Below are positions 50,418 to 60,492 of a stretch of DNA of 64,000 nt, one piece after another; the stretch's first letter is position 1, and the number at the start of each line of letters is the position of its first letter. This stretch comes from Candidatus Kapaibacterium sp. (GTDB lineage: Bacteria > Bacteroidota > Ignavibacteria > Kapaibacteriales > UBA2268). The DNA lies in assembly GCA_963664875.1 (NCBI GenBank), contig OY761611.1:1952001-2016000 (forward strand), read 5' to 3'. The notes beneath the pieces are model-generated. The model worked only from the letters and a program-made list of their open reading frames with translations. It ran no database searches and was not told the origin of the DNA. A program made the translations under genes and the position numbers.

Positions 50418-52307
50418 TTATTTGCTTAGAACTACTTTTTCTGTTACAGAAGTATCATTACCTGATAGTCTGATAATATATACACCATTTGCAACAGCAT
50501 TACCGTTGTCATCTTTACCGTCCCAAACGTATTCGCTACCGCTAATTGCAAATGATTTTACTTTGTTACCTAACATATCGTAGATAGCCAAGTTCATATC
50601 ATTTGTCAAATTAGCATTTAAGCTGAATATAGCATTTGAAGAGAATGGATTTTTAGACAACATTTTAATGCCTAATGTATAGTTTGAAGTTTCAACTTGA
50701 CTTACAGTTGAAGTCAAATCTGCTACTTCATTATCGTTCAATCTGATACCGCTTAATTTTACTTCTTTTTCATTTAAGCTAATTTCGATATCGCAAACTT
50801 TAGAATCTTTAGCTAAGTCTTGATTAGCACCAGCAATAACTACTCTGTTTTGAGTAAAGCTTACCATCAAATCTTTGTTAGCAAGTTTCACATCAGCTAC
50901 GTTAGCATTGATGTCAAATTTAGTACTAAAAGCACCTTTTACATCGCCATTAACATATACAGGAATAGTATAGTTACCGTTTTCAAGTTTAGTCATTGTA
51001 CCAAGAACTAAGTTAGTAGCTTGAACATCAACATCTACAGCTGATTTGCCTTTATAATCAATCGGATGTTTCCAAGGCAACTGAGAAATCTGACCACCTA
51101 AGTATTCTAATACATAAGCAGCATCATGTTCGTTACATTGGAATCTAATTTGTTTGATAGAAGCAATTGCTTCAGGTAAATCATCAGAGTATTTGTCAGA
51201 TTTTGCTTCAATTCTAACTTTGTTACCATCAACGTCGAAGTAGAAACGACCATCGTGAGTAACGTCGCCATGGTATGCTTGTCTTCTTCTTGCATCATCC
51301 AATGGTTGGTTAGTAGCTACAGATTTCATAATGATGCGAGCATCATTTATAGAAACGAATCTGTTTTGTGGCTGACCTTCGTGAATATTACCTACAGCTT
51401 TAGAGAAATCAACATCGCCATCGCCCCACCATTCTTCGATTTTGTTAGTAGCTTTAGCAATAAATTTGATTCTTGCATCAGATCTTTGACCTGAAGGCTG
51501 CCAGATATTAGTCAAGTCAGTTGTAGTTTTTTGAAGGTTGATGTCTTGATCGTACAACAAACCGTTCATATAGTCATCAGCTTCACCTTTGATACCAACT
51601 GAAGCGTCTTTGTAAACAACTACAGTATTTGGTGAGTTAGGGTTACCACCGATACCGCCGTAGCAAAATTCGATATCGCCTTGAGCAGAGTACAAAGAAG
51701 TTGATTTATAGATAATCAACTGGAAGTTTGCAACGCTTGAAGGTTGATTTTTATCGTTGATATTCAAATTTTTCCACTGAACGATAAATTTATCAGTTTC
51801 TTTCAAATAAGAAATTTCAGAAGCTAAGTAAGAATTTTTTTCATCCAAAACATTTCTGTAGTAGTGGTCACCCCAGAAAGGAGCCAATACGTTTACAGGA
51901 TATGAAGAAGATTCGATAAACAAAGCTTCTGCATCTACAGCAGGAACCATTGGAGGATCGATTCTAACGATCTGATTGTATTGGTTCTTTTCATATTTGC
52001 TGAATGTTACAAAGCCATTGACGTTGATAAATATTGAGTTATAGACTTCTCCATTATATTCGAAATCAAAACCCAAATCAACCTGATAGTAACCGTCGTC
52101 GTAGTCAACTTCATTTGCCGGAGGCAAAATGAACTCTTCGCGAGGTATAACGGTTTTCTCGTTATCATTTAGCTCTGCATATGGAACTCCGGTTATCAAT
52201 GTAGCAGGCTGAAACTCTGTCCATATTTGAGCTTGGAGATTTGGTGATACAGCTGTTAAACTTGCGATAGCGGCAAGTCCAACTGCAACCTTTTTAAATC
52301 TCTTCAT
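50418..52307 (-). CDS. T9SS-secreted NIDO-like / dockerin-like / cohesin-like protein
   Basis: DDG..VDLGFDFEYNG..INVNG..APFWGD..FQLII (NIDO-like); GDVD..VSINDA..GDVTHDG..DAAYVLEYLGG..LP (dockerin-like); CTD YDMLGNKV..WDGKDDNGNAVANGVY; ATG 52307 follows GGAG. Confidence 0.85.
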   Translation of the reverse strand: MKRFKKVAVGLAAIASLTAVSPNLQAQIWTEFQPATLITGVPYAELNDNEKTVIPREEFILPPANEVDYDDGYYQVDLGFDFEYNGEVYNSIFINVNGFVTFSKYEKNQYNQIVRIDPPMVPAVDAEALFIESSSYPVNVLAPFWGDHYYRNVLDEKNSYLASEISYLKETDKFIVQWKNLNINDKNQPSSVANFQLIIYKSTSLYSAQGDIEFCYGGIGGNPNSPNTVVVYKDASVGIKGEADDYMNGLLYDQDINLQKTTTDLTNIWQPSGQRSDARIKFIAKATNKIEEWWGDGDVDFSKAVGNIHEGQPQNRFVSINDARIIMKSVATNQPLDDARRRQAYHGDVTHDGRFYFDVDGNKVRIEAKSDKYSDDLPEAIASIKQIRFQCNEHDAAYVLEYLGGQISQLPWKHPIDYKGKSAVDVDVQATNLVLGTMTKLENGNYTIPVYVNGDVKGAFSTKFDINANVADVKLANKDLMVSFTQNRVVIAGANQDLAKDSKVCDIEISLNEKEVKLSGIRLNDNEVADLTSTVSQVETSNYTLGIKMLSKNPFSSNAIFSLNANLTNDMNLAIYDMLGNKVKSFAISGSEYVWDGKDDNGNAVANGVYIIRLSGNDTSVTEKVVLSK

Positions 52308-52355
52308 TGTTTTCTCCAATTTATTTATTAATCTCTTTTTCTATTTTTTAAGTAG

Positions 52356-52383
52356 GCAGGTCTTCAGTCTAAAGAAGACCTGC
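52356..52383 (-). other. Intergenic 10-bp stem-loop lacking a U-tract (candidate mRNA-stabilising/processing hairpin)
   Basis: gcaggtcttc/gaagacctgc; followed on minus strand by CTACTTAAAA rather than poly-T. Confidence 0.55.
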
Positions 52384-52396
52384 TATATTCTAAGTG

Positions 52397-55300
52397 TTAT
52401 TTTACTAAAACAACCGGCATAGAAGAAGAAACGTTACCTGCTTTCATTCTGATAGTGTAAGTTCCACTTACGATGCCTGAATTAGCTACTTTCCAGTCGA
52501 TTGTATGAGTACCGGCTTGGTAATTACCACTGTTAATTACTTCAACTACGTTACCTAATACATCGATCAATTCGAATGATACTGATTCACTTCTTGTCAA
52601 AGTAAATTCAATGTTAGCACTTGTTGTAACAGGGTTTGGACTTACTGAGTTCAAGCTTGTTACGAACATTTCGTTATCATCGATGCTCATAGCAGGATCA
52701 TAAACGATTACAAATTCTGTAAGAGCTAAGTCATTGATTGTAATAGTACATTCAGAACCGTTTTTCTCGAATTGAACTGTAGATACATGGTTGCCTTCAC
52801 CATCTTTCATGTTGAAAGAGTAGTAGTTACCATCTGTAGTCAATCTGTCTTTGATAAAGAACTGACCATCAGTTGGGATTTGGTCTGTATTCCATGCGAT
52901 AGTTACAGGAACTAATGGACCTGTAGCACCGTTTTCACCACCTGGTTGGAACTGACCATTGTATCTAAACAAACCATCTACGTTTGAAGGATAGATATTT
53001 CTAGCAACACCGTTAGTTGCAGGGATATCCCATCTTGCATCAAATGCGTCTAATGGCGGAATTGGAGCCAATTCAAATTCGCAATGTGTTTCATCGATAA
53101 TACCTACTTCTTTACCATCATCGCCATAACCTGTAGTTGCGTTTGCAGGAGCAGTACCGAAAGAAAGTACTTTTGCAGCGCCGATGCTATTTGTAATAGT
53201 CAAATCAGCAACGAAATCTGTAGGATCAGCAAGTCTGATAATGTAAGGGATAACCAATTCTTCACCATATTTATCAGTGATAACAATCAACAATCTTGCA
53301 GAAGATTTATCAATTGGATCTCTGTCTAGATCTAAGTTAGAAGCTGTGATTTCGATATCTTGTTCTTCGTTGATAGGACCAACTAAAGAAGAAGGGCTAA
53401 ATGTAAATTTGCTAGTAATTTTTTGACCTTTAGTCCAATCTGCCTGAGCATAATAGATATCGATAGTCAATTCTTCTTCGTGTCCATCTATGTTACGTAA
53501 CAAGTCTCTGTCGCTGATAGTGATTTCATCTCTGAAGTTACCACCAAGATCAGCACAAATTACTTCTTGTTGAGCTACATAGTTTGGAGCGTGGTTAAGT
53601 GAGTCAACTTGTAACTGCAATACTTTAATTGTTGGAAGACCTTCTTCGTCTCTTACTACTACAAATACAGGGTCTGTTTTTGGAGCATCAAGTACGCCAG
53701 GTGTACCGAACAACAAGCCTGATTTAGGATTGATTTTCAACCAAGCAGGAGTTGCATAAGTCAAGTCAGCAACATTGAAGCCTGCAGCTGTCAATTCATC
53801 TTTAACATTCCAAGCACCTGCTTCAGGGAAACAAGGATCTTTTGGTATGTCTGCAGCATTGATGTCATAAACTAATTCGAATTCGTGTGTTTGATCGAAG
53901 TTAGCATCTTTTACATGAATCATTCTATTAGAGTCAAGTAGGTCGATGTTGTAATCTTCGTCTTCTTTAGCATTGTCTAATGCTTCAGTGATGATTTCAG
54001 GAGCGATATTGATAAGTACTTTGTACTGTTGCAATGCCATAGCACCATGACCATCATTAACAACGATATTTACGATTGTGTCTAAGTTTAATGCACCATT
54101 AACTGATTTAGAATCAGCTTTAGCTGTAAGCAATTCGATAGCTTCTGCTCTGTCGATGCGGATGTTCAATTGACCTTTGCTAGTGAATAGCAAGCCATTA
54201 ACATCAGGAATAGTAGCATCGTCGAAAGTCATCATATATTCCGGAGCCAACCATTTAGGAGCGATTCTATTGATCATAGAAATGCCACTTGGGTCGTAAC
54301 CGTCACTATCAAAATCAACTGCTAATGTATCAAGGTCAATTACGTTACCGTCGTTATCATAAGCTACGTGTTGGAAGCCGTAAGCTGTTTTACCATAAGG
54401 GAACGTCCAAGGAGTTCTACCTGCAGCTACGTCATGAGCAAGAGCCCATTGGTCTTCGTTTTCATCGTTAGTGTTAACGTCGATTTGGAAACGCAATTTA
54501 TCTGTTAAGTTAGCTTTCAACTGACCGTCATCAGTAATATCGCAAGCTGACAATGAAGGAGTGTATTCAACCCAAGTTTTAGTTGTACCTTGAGCATCTG
54601 TTCTGATTTCAACTACTTCTTTAGCTGCATCTACTGCTGCCTGATCTCTCATATCTACGAAATCTGCAAATTGAGGAACAGAGTCAACAACGATAAGTTT
54701 GAAAGTGTAAGAACGTTTGTAGTTAGTACCAAAGTTGATAGTATCTTGTTGCAAGAATCTTGCATTATCAGTATCGTATTTTTCTGCATGGAAATATTCA
54801 GGATAAGTTTCGATATACTTATCTATTTCGTTTAAGTCAAAGTTAGGATCATGTGCTAACAATGAATCAAGTACTCTGTAGTGAGGAGGGAAGTTAGAAA
54901 CTGTAACAGTTACATCTTCACCGCCAGGTACTACAAATGGGTTCAACGGACGACCACGGAAGATCATGTAACCATTTGCAGAATCAGCAACAGAAGGAAC
55001 ATTGATATTTGCAATGTCAGTAGTAGTTCTGTAAACTTTATCAAACATCAACCAACGAGAAACTGCTGTGTTAGGATCAACATTCCAATCGTAGAACAAT
55101 TCAGAATATTGGTCACCAGCGATTTCAGATCTTGGATCGATAAATTTGTTTAAGTCTTTTGCAGTAATTTTTACGATTACGTTATTGTTGTTGTTACCTA
55201 ATTCATAAAGATGATCTTCAAGAACAAATTTAGTGTTCAAGAATTCTTCAACTTGAATTGTGTCTGGTCTGTTAGGAATATCAGAACCTGCAAGGTATTC

Positions 55301-58300
55301 AGGAACTTCAGTTTGCAATTTAACAACATCACCTGTAAACACTGGAGGATTTGTAGATTCAGAGATACCGAATTTCAAACCATCTTCCATAGCTTTTACA
55401 ACACCTTCTCTCCACAATACTGTACGAGAAACGATTCTGATTGTATCGCCAACGTTTACCGGAAGTGCTTTATATCTTTCACCAGCGAAGTACGCTTGGT
55501 TACCATCGTTAGAAGCAGGCATATCAGGTCTGTTGCTATAGATTTTAGCAAAGTCACCTAAGTTATAGTTATTGATTGCTTCTAATACAGAGTATTTACG
55601 ACCTTGAAGAGCAGCGCCATCTTCATTATAAGGATTGCGAGCTAATTTTTCAAGTAAAGGCTGACCAGAACCTAAGTTCATCAAACCTTCTTCGTTACGA
55701 CGGAACAAGAATTTGTTATTTCTGTTTGTAGAGTCAGGAACCAATTCAACTCTTGCACGGAATACTTCTTTGTTAGCACCGGCTTCAGCAACCTGTTTCA
55801 TGTTAACGCGGATGTAGTCAGTAGTAGTTTCATTGATTACAAAGAATACTGTTTCGTTTACAACGTTTGTGTCGTGGTTAGATCTTTCAATCATACCATC
55901 GTAATCAACCATAGATTCTAAGAACATTGGGTATCCGATTGGATGAGAATCTTCTTTGAAGTCTGTGATTAATTTAGAAACGATTGCATCATCTTCCATA
56001 TAAGGATCGCGAGTCATACGACGAACATATTTACCGTCGAATACTTCACCTGCAGCAGCATATCTATCTACAACAGGAGCGATACCAACTGCGAAGTCTT
56101 CAATTGGAGACATTCTGCGGTTAGAATAGTCAGCAGTTTTGATGTCAGTACCTTTGTCATATACGTCATAAACGCGACCTGACATAAGTAATGTTTCTTT
56201 GATTGAATTAGTACCAGGTAAAGTAACGTCATTAACGTCATTTACTAATGGTATTGGAGTATAGTTATATTTGTTGTAAGATTCAAATGGACCTTGTTCT
56301 CTTGGATCAGCCAAAGTAGTTGGATCAGCAGCATACATAGTTTTCATATGAGTTTCGCCGTCACCTTCGATGTAGAATGTTTCGAAACGTGCGTTAGCGA
56401 TACCGCCACCAGCATTTGGCAATTCAAAGATAATGTTTGCTTGAGTTTCACCCCAGTAGTTACCGCGCAATGTGTCAGTACCACCGGAACCGATACCTGT
56501 AATACCAGCCAATAAGCCTTTAGTATTAGGAGCATCCGGTAATCTTACAAAGAAGCGAGCGCTGTTATCATAAACAGAGTTAGCTGCTTCAGAGTAAATG
56601 TAAGAAGGTAGTGGACCTTGAACTTCACCATAAATAGTAGTAGAAGCCAAATCGCTTGAAGCTAAGTTTTTAGGGTTAGAGTTAGGATTGAAAGGACCAT
56701 CGATTGTGTTTTGTTCCCAACCGTATTGGTTTCTTGCATCTACATCATTACCTGCAATAAGAGATCTATTGAAGATAAGTTTCAAATCGTAGTTGTCAGA
56801 GTAAACAGCTGAACCAGTAAATGATTTGTTACCAACCATTCTTACGCGGTTAAAGTTTACAGAGTCAATTCTACCAATTCTGTTTTGAGTTACTGAGTCA
56901 AGGATGTACAATGCACCGCCAAGACCAACGCCATTTTCAGGAAGCATCACTTCTTGGTGATAACGAGTAACATCAGTGAAGCCTTCGTCAGCTGGTTTAA
57001 CAGAAGTCCATTCAGTAGCGCCGTTTGTAAGTACAAGACCGGCATCACCTACTACAAAACCTTTGTTAGGAGCTGAGAAGAAGATATCAGCAAAAGAATA
57101 TTTAGCATATTTGTTTTCAACTTTTTCTTCAGTCCAAGTCAAACCACCGTCAACTGATTTGAAGAAAGTACCAAACTGACCAACCATATAGCCTGTAGTC
57201 TGAGCAACAAAGTAAACTTTATTGATAGTGTGAGTAGCAGGGCTATTAGGATTGATTACCCAGTTATCGCCTTTGTTAGCAGTAGTCATCATGATACCGC
57301 CTTCACCTACAGCGTAACCGTCGTTAGGATTTTTGAAGAATACAGATTTCAAGTTTTGAGTAACGCCGGCAACTGTTCTTAAGATCCAGTCTTGGCCACC
57401 GTTAGTAGTTTTCAACATAGTACCACGATCACCAACAATGAAACCATTGTTAAGACCATCGTTGAAATCTACAGCATTCAAATGAGCAGTAACAGGTTGA
57501 GTTGAAGTCCAAGTCTGACCTGCATCAGTTGTTTTCAAGATATAACCATTATCGCAAGCAGCAACAGCTACGTTAGTACCAATAAATTTAACATCATTGA
57601 TTTTAGCTGAAACAGGAGTAGTCATTTTTACCCAAGTTTTACCTGCGTTTGTAGTTTTCAATACAGTACCGCGGTCACCAACTACATAACCTGTTTGGTA
57701 GTCAGTAAAGTGAACGTCAGTAAGTCTGTAGTTAGTACCTGAAGTCAAGTATTCCCAGTTTGCACCACCGTTAGTAAATTTAACGATAAGACCACCCATA
57801 CCAACGCCATAACCAATGTTGTTATCCAACCAGTTAGTAGCGATAATATTGTTAGTAGTTACTTGAGTACCTTGATTAACTTGAGTAGCACCTGAGCCAG
57901 TTTGAGAAGCAAGAATATTATCATCAACGATAATTTCGTTGTTGTAGAATCTTGTCAACATTCTAACATCAGGAGGGAAGTTTTCAGAGTCATAAGTAAA
58001 TACATCATTGTATGAGTTGTAAGAAACAGGCATACCGTACATGTCATACTGAACATCATCAACGTCAGTGATAAAGAAACGTTTAGAAGAAGTTTCAGGA
58101 TTAACCATACAGATTGCACCACCGTTACCGTTATAAACAGTATTGTGAGCAAACTCAACACCTTTAACTAAAGTAAGGTCAGCGTTAAGAGCATAAATAG
58201 CACCGCCACCTCTGATTTCAGGTTTGTTAGCATCAACAGTAATGTCTTTACCAACAGTGTTGCCTAAGAAAGAAGCTCTTACAAATGAGCAAGCTCTTTC

Positions 58301-60397
58301 GTGAGCAGGAAGAACAGGATATGCATTAGGTATTCTCAAATCGATAGCACCACCAGCATAACCGGCTTTGTTATTTTCAAAGATTACAGGGTAATTACCG
58401 CCATAACCGATAATTTCTTTAGAAGCTACACCACCGGCGCCATTTACAGACATTGCTCTTTTAGAGAATACTGCACCACCGAAAGTTTGAGCTACGTTAT
58501 CTTTAAATTTGATATTGAAACCATAATCTCTTGTAAGCAATGAAGCATCAGAACCACCGATTACAGGTGATTTCATGTGGTCAACATTACCATCAACAAA
58601 AATCGCACCGCCAGCACCAGCTTCGTTACCTTGGAATAAAGTAGCGTTATTGATTGCATCGCGAGCAGGACCACCAACTACTTGCAAACGACCGATTGTA
58701 TTTGCATGGAACACAGCACCACCCATAGAGAAGTAACCGCTGTTAGAACCTGCAACATCGTCTTGCAAGAATTTAGTGTAAGTTTTGTTGAATTTGAATT
58801 CACCGGCTAAGATCATAGAAGTGTAATCACCAACGTACAAAGCACCACCACGTGCACCGTAAGTAGAGCCTGAGCTTTGGAAGTTACGAGCTTCGTTACC
58901 TTCAGCAACAAATTCGTCAGCATCAGCAAAAGTAATCAAATTACCATGAGCATCTTTTATAGTATTGTTTATACCAAAACCAACTTCAATCTGGCGAGGA
59001 TTAGCACCGTAGAAACCGGCAACATAAATCGCACCACCGAAAGCGTGGTTACCATATTTTTGTGGGTAATTAGCAGGGTTGTCAGTATCGTCAACAACTA
59101 CGTCAACGCCACCGATTTTTTTAACAACAACATTAGCTAATTGAGCTTTGTTACCTGAGAAAGTAAGATTACGCATACGACCTAAGTAAAGAGCAACGCG
59201 AGCGTCGTCCCATGCTTGACGATCGAAATCTGTAGCAAATGGTTCCTGAACATCACTATCTATATTATCAATAGCAGGAACAGGATTATTTCTGATGATT
59301 TCAGAAATTTCGCCTTGAGCATTTACAATCTGAGGGTTTTTGTCAGAAGCATAAGTAGGCAATGAAGTAACATTTTTAGGGTAACCTTCTGGAGCTTGCA
59401 AAATCTGCAATGCACCACCGCGGTTACGAGACATGTTATTTACAAATTCGCAATTCAACAACCAAGTTCTTGAAGACAAAGTAGTGATAACACCACCGCC
59501 ACCATTAGTTAGAGTGCGAATTTTTTCATTCATTTCAGCAGTTTTAGCGCCGAATTCATTACCATTATAAATAGGGTCTCTATCTACAGTAGTGTCTTTT
59601 TTGAAACCTTCGAAACGTACGTTTCTAAAGAATGCAGCTCTTGCACCTGGAAGAACCACGATGTGACCCCATTCTCTTGAAGCGTTATTTACAGGTTGAC
59701 CGATGAAGTTGATTTGTTCAGCTTCAACAGCAACATCTGCACCACTAACTCTTTTCCAAGGTTGAGTGTTTAGAAGGATGTCGATTTTAGGATCAAACTG
59801 CAAACGAGCGTTTTTGAACATTAACGCTTGTTCGAAAGGAACGATGAATTTGTGAGGACCAACCACGTCATTTGCTCTGTGGTTTGCATCAATCATCTGG
59901 AAGTCTTCGATTTTTCTGTTTAGAGTATCGACAACAACATTGAAAACAGTGTTGTATTTAGATGTATGAACAGACAAATCGCGAGTAGTATTTACATCAA
60001 CTGTTTTAGTGTCAGATGTATATCCTAAACCACGAGTGAAATAAGCCATATCAGCATAGCCGGTATAGCCGGAACCGGGAGCGATAGGGTTAACACCATC
60101 CGGTGCTTTAATGTAATTAGCAACAGCTTCGCCATCGGCGATGATTCTACCACCAACTGAGTCAATTAGTCTTGAGTTAGGGTAGAAGTAAACTGTTGTA
60201 CCCGGCTCGATAATCAAAGACCCGCCAACTACGTAATTCTTATCGATTACGTAAACGGTATCTTTTTGGAACAACCTTACATCCCCGGGTGCTATTCGAC
60301 CGGAAACGTAAGCTTGCGGTTTTTGAGCCATAGCCTGTCCAAACGAGAGGACACAGAGTAATACAGCTAAAAAGCTCAAACGAATCAATCGTTGCAT
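52397..60397 (-). CDS. Giant (2666 aa) T9SS-secreted protein: Pmp-like beta-helix, YCF48-type propeller, Ig/cadherin-like domains, CTD
   Basis: Signal peptide, GGAGG RBS; repeated FxxN...GGA(I/L/V); ~7 G(Y/F)xVGxxG.xLKTTxGGxxW blades; TPAWLKINPKSGLLFGTP; CTD SPNPV...SGTY. Confidence 0.9.
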   Translation of the reverse strand: MQRLIRLSFLAVLLCVLSFGQAMAQKPQAYVSGRIAPGDVRLFQKDTVYVIDKNYVVGGSLIIEPGTTVYFYPNSRLIDSVGGRIIADGEAVANYIKAPDGVNPIAPGSGYTGYADMAYFTRGLGYTSDTKTVDVNTTRDLSVHTSKYNTVFNVVVDTLNRKIEDFQMIDANHRANDVVGPHKFIVPFEQALMFKNARLQFDPKIDILLNTQPWKRVSGADVAVEAEQINFIGQPVNNASREWGHIVVLPGARAAFFRNVRFEGFKKDTTVDRDPIYNGNEFGAKTAEMNEKIRTLTNGGGGVITTLSSRTWLLNCEFVNNMSRNRGGALQILQAPEGYPKNVTSLPTYASDKNPQIVNAQGEISEIIRNNPVPAIDNIDSDVQEPFATDFDRQAWDDARVALYLGRMRNLTFSGNKAQLANVVVKKIGGVDVVVDDTDNPANYPQKYGNHAFGGAIYVAGFYGANPRQIEVGFGINNTIKDAHGNLITFADADEFVAEGNEARNFQSSGSTYGARGGALYVGDYTSMILAGEFKFNKTYTKFLQDDVAGSNSGYFSMGGAVFHANTIGRLQVVGGPARDAINNATLFQGNEAGAGGAIFVDGNVDHMKSPVIGGSDASLLTRDYGFNIKFKDNVAQTFGGAVFSKRAMSVNGAGGVASKEIIGYGGNYPVIFENNKAGYAGGAIDLRIPNAYPVLPAHERACSFVRASFLGNTVGKDITVDANKPEIRGGGAIYALNADLTLVKGVEFAHNTVYNGNGGAICMVNPETSSKRFFITDVDDVQYDMYGMPVSYNSYNDVFTYDSENFPPDVRMLTRFYNNEIIVDDNILASQTGSGATQVNQGTQVTTNNIIATNWLDNNIGYGVGMGGLIVKFTNGGANWEYLTSGTNYRLTDVHFTDYQTGYVVGDRGTVLKTTNAGKTWVKMTTPVSAKINDVKFIGTNVAVAACDNGYILKTTDAGQTWTSTQPVTAHLNAVDFNDGLNNGFIVGDRGTMLKTTNGGQDWILRTVAGVTQNLKSVFFKNPNDGYAVGEGGIMMTTANKGDNWVINPNSPATHTINKVYFVAQTTGYMVGQFGTFFKSVDGGLTWTEEKVENKYAKYSFADIFFSAPNKGFVVGDAGLVLTNGATEWTSVKPADEGFTDVTRYHQEVMLPENGVGLGGALYILDSVTQNRIGRIDSVNFNRVRMVGNKSFTGSAVYSDNYDLKLIFNRSLIAGNDVDARNQYGWEQNTIDGPFNPNSNPKNLASSDLASTTIYGEVQGPLPSYIYSEAANSVYDNSARFFVRLPDAPNTKGLLAGITGIGSGGTDTLRGNYWGETQANIIFELPNAGGGIANARFETFYIEGDGETHMKTMYAADPTTLADPREQGPFESYNKYNYTPIPLVNDVNDVTLPGTNSIKETLLMSGRVYDVYDKGTDIKTADYSNRRMSPIEDFAVGIAPVVDRYAAAGEVFDGKYVRRMTRDPYMEDDAIVSKLITDFKEDSHPIGYPMFLESMVDYDGMIERSNHDTNVVNETVFFVINETTTDYIRVNMKQVAEAGANKEVFRARVELVPDSTNRNNKFLFRRNEEGLMNLGSGQPLLEKLARNPYNEDGAALQGRKYSVLEAINNYNLGDFAKIYSNRPDMPASNDGNQAYFAGERYKALPVNVGDTIRIVSRTVLWREGVVKAMEDGLKFGISESTNPPVFTGDVVKLQTEVPEYLAGSDIPNRPDTIQVEEFLNTKFVLEDHLYELGNNNNNVIVKITAKDLNKFIDPRSEIAGDQYSELFYDWNVDPNTAVSRWLMFDKVYRTTTDIANINVPSVADSANGYMIFRGRPLNPFVVPGGEDVTVTVSNFPPHYRVLDSLLAHDPNFDLNEIDKYIETYPEYFHAEKYDTDNARFLQQDTINFGTNYKRSYTFKLIVVDSVPQFADFVDMRDQAAVDAAKEVVEIRTDAQGTTKTWVEYTPSLSACDITDDGQLKANLTDKLRFQIDVNTNDENEDQWALAHDVAAGRTPWTFPYGKTAYGFQHVAYDNDGNVIDLDTLAVDFDSDGYDPSGISMINRIAPKWLAPEYMMTFDDATIPDVNGLLFTSKGQLNIRIDRAEAIELLTAKADSKSVNGALNLDTIVNIVVNDGHGAMALQQYKVLINIAPEIITEALDNAKEDEDYNIDLLDSNRMIHVKDANFDQTHEFELVYDINAADIPKDPCFPEAGAWNVKDELTAAGFNVADLTYATPAWLKINPKSGLLFGTPGVLDAPKTDPVFVVVRDEEGLPTIKVLQLQVDSLNHAPNYVAQQEVICADLGGNFRDEITISDRDLLRNIDGHEEELTIDIYYAQADWTKGQKITSKFTFSPSSLVGPINEEQDIEITASNLDLDRDPIDKSSARLLIVITDKYGEELVIPYIIRLADPTDFVADLTITNSIGAAKVLSFGTAPANATTGYGDDGKEVGIIDETHCEFELAPIPPLDAFDARWDIPATNGVARNIYPSNVDGLFRYNGQFQPGGENGATGPLVPVTIAWNTDQIPTDGQFFIKDRLTTDGNYYSFNMKDGEGNHVSTVQFEKNGSECTITINDLALTEFVIVYDPAMSIDDNEMFVTSLNSVSPNPVTTSANIEFTLTRSESVSFELIDVLGNVVEVINSGNYQAGTHTIDWKVANSGIVSGTYTIRMKAGNVSSSMPVVLVK

Positions 60398-60492
60398 GTT
60401 ACCTCCAAAAAATAAATACTTAAATGAAAAAATTTATTTCTACTATTTAAATTGTTTCACACTTTTACGGCATAAAATGATGTAAGATGTAA

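Noticed and set aside
46978-59140. Many short antisense/overlapping ORFs within the large T9SS genes (and similar shadow ORFs elsewhere)
   Set aside because: Shadow frames caused by codon bias of the real genes; no independent motifs or RBS.
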